Assembly: GCA_016788625.1 (NCBI GenBank)
Contig: JAEUQX010000082.1
Coordinates: 1-60,209, forward strand
Reading direction: 5' to 3'
DNA from: Anaerolineae bacterium
Lineage (GTDB): Bacteria; Chloroflexota; Anaerolineae; Aggregatilineales; Phototrophicaceae
DNA: 60,209 nucleotides
The position numbers and the translations under genes are program-made. Numbering within the stretch: position 1 is the stretch's first letter; each line of letters opens with the position of its first letter. Positions 59,440 to 60,209 of the stretch are shown piece after piece. A model generated the notes under the pieces. It was not told the DNA's origin. It searched no databases and worked only from the letters and a program-made list of their open reading frames with translations.

Positions 59440-60209
59440 TCACTCAGCTTCCTCCCAACTCAGCAGTGCCAACCGCTCCGCGCCGTCCACTGTCAGCCGC
59501 GTGCCGGTCGCCCAATCGTAGACCAGCGCATAGAGCGTGTAGCCCCCCGGCGGCAGGTCGCGCGTTGGCAGCGACGTGACCCGGCAGGCCAGCGCGTCAT
59601 CCGGCAAGCCGTAATCGACCTGCGCGCGCAGCCCGCCCGCCGCATCGACAACATGCAAGGCTACGGAATACGTCCCGCGCGGCACAGCATCATCCAGCCG
59701 CCAGGCCAGCAGCGCCGACTGCGGCGTGAGGTCGGCATGTACGAGCGTGATGCCCGCGCCAAAGCGCCCCAGCCCCGGCGCGCCAGGGTCGAAGGCATCA
59801 GCGGGCAGCCGTTCGTAACGGTCGAGGCGCAGACGCGGCAGATCAAAGACGATGCCGCAGGGAACATACTGCCCGGCCAGCGCTGCCGCGAAGGCCGCAT
59901 CACCCCCGCGTGATGGCAAGCGTTTATCCACGCCCAACCAGACGCGCGGCGCATCCCCGACGAACGCCCGCGCTGCTGCGTCGAATCCTTCGGCGGGCAG
60001 TTCTTCCACCAGCGTGAAGGCCAGCGGCAGGCTGTGCAGGTGATAATCTGCCGTCTGCACCTCCAGCGCCCAGTTGTAGGCGGTGATGTTCACCGCAGCG
60101 GCATCGCCCGGCGACGCTTCAGCGGCCAACGTGCGCGCCAGCACATCCCAGGGCAGCGCGTTGTTGCCATCCAGGTCGCGCAGCAGCAGCCCGTCCAGCG
60201 TCGCGCTCA
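59440..60209 (-). CDS. Partial CDS (5' end outside window); C-terminal soluble region, possibly of a membrane glycosyltransferase-like protein
   Basis: Frame stays open from the window edge to TGA at 59440; YSVALHVVD..G.L.AQ.D and LPPGGYTLY..VYDW.TG.RL resemble C-termini of GT39-like proteins (inference). Confidence 0.6.
   Translation of the reverse strand, partial: SATLDGLLLRDLDGNNALPWDVLARTLAAEASPGDAAAVNITAYNWALEVQTADYHLHSLPLAFTLVEELPAEGFDAAARAFVGDAPRVWLGVDKRLPSRGGDAAFAAALAGQYVPCGIVFDLPRLRLDRYERLPADAFDPGAPGLGRFGAGITLVHADLTPQSALLAWRLDDAVPRGTYSVALHVVDAAGGLRAQVDYGLPDDALACRVTSLPTRDLPPGGYTLYALVYDWATGTRLTVDGAERLALLSWEEAE

Noticed and set aside
59161-59913. 250-aa plus-strand ORF across the intergenic region
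   Set aside because: Composed of repeat-derived sequence (LTPSPSPCGKG) and the antisense of the partial CDS.

Overview
High-GC bacterial chromosome segment; the gene repertoire suggests Chloroflexota, probably Anaerolineae-like (inference, not tested). 1-21.6 kb, minus strand: a continuous str-S10-spc-alpha ribosomal protein cluster (rpsL through rplQ, then truA, rplM, rpsI), with no infA or rpsD, and with unusual variants of S14, Adk and Map. rpmJ is present but absent from the ORF track. 21.7-25 kb: GT2 glycosyltransferase, S10 carboxypeptidase, RRM protein. 25-33.8 kb, plus strand, the best candidate for an undescribed system: a divergent ClpA/ClpC-like AAA+ ATPase (altered pore loops, LGF loop kept, no middle domain), a Hanks Ser/Thr kinase with 22 TPRs built from a 3-TPR super-repeat, a stand-alone FHA protein, then a VapBC-type pair and a lipase. 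This may be a pThr-controlled unfoldase/proteolysis module. 33.9-38.2 kb: an AT-richer islet with an XRE-STAND-TPR regulator divergent from a small ORF-GNAT-SnoaL-DoxX operon. 38.4-47 kb: pepF, cupin, GNATs, an apparently inactive alpha/beta-hydrolase lipoprotein, methyltransferase, crotonase, and a duplicated (TIR-TM)x2 membrane protein. 47.3-59 kb: a signalling operon (REC-degenerate GGDEF, a 2725-aa histidine kinase with about 12 GAF and 3 PAS domains, a CheY-like regulator, a Ser-to-Gly pseudo-hydrolase, thiN, DUF402). Two families of short palindromic repeats occupy many intergenic gaps. No tRNA, rRNA, CRISPR array or transposase was seen. All domain calls come from reading motifs by eye; no searches were run.
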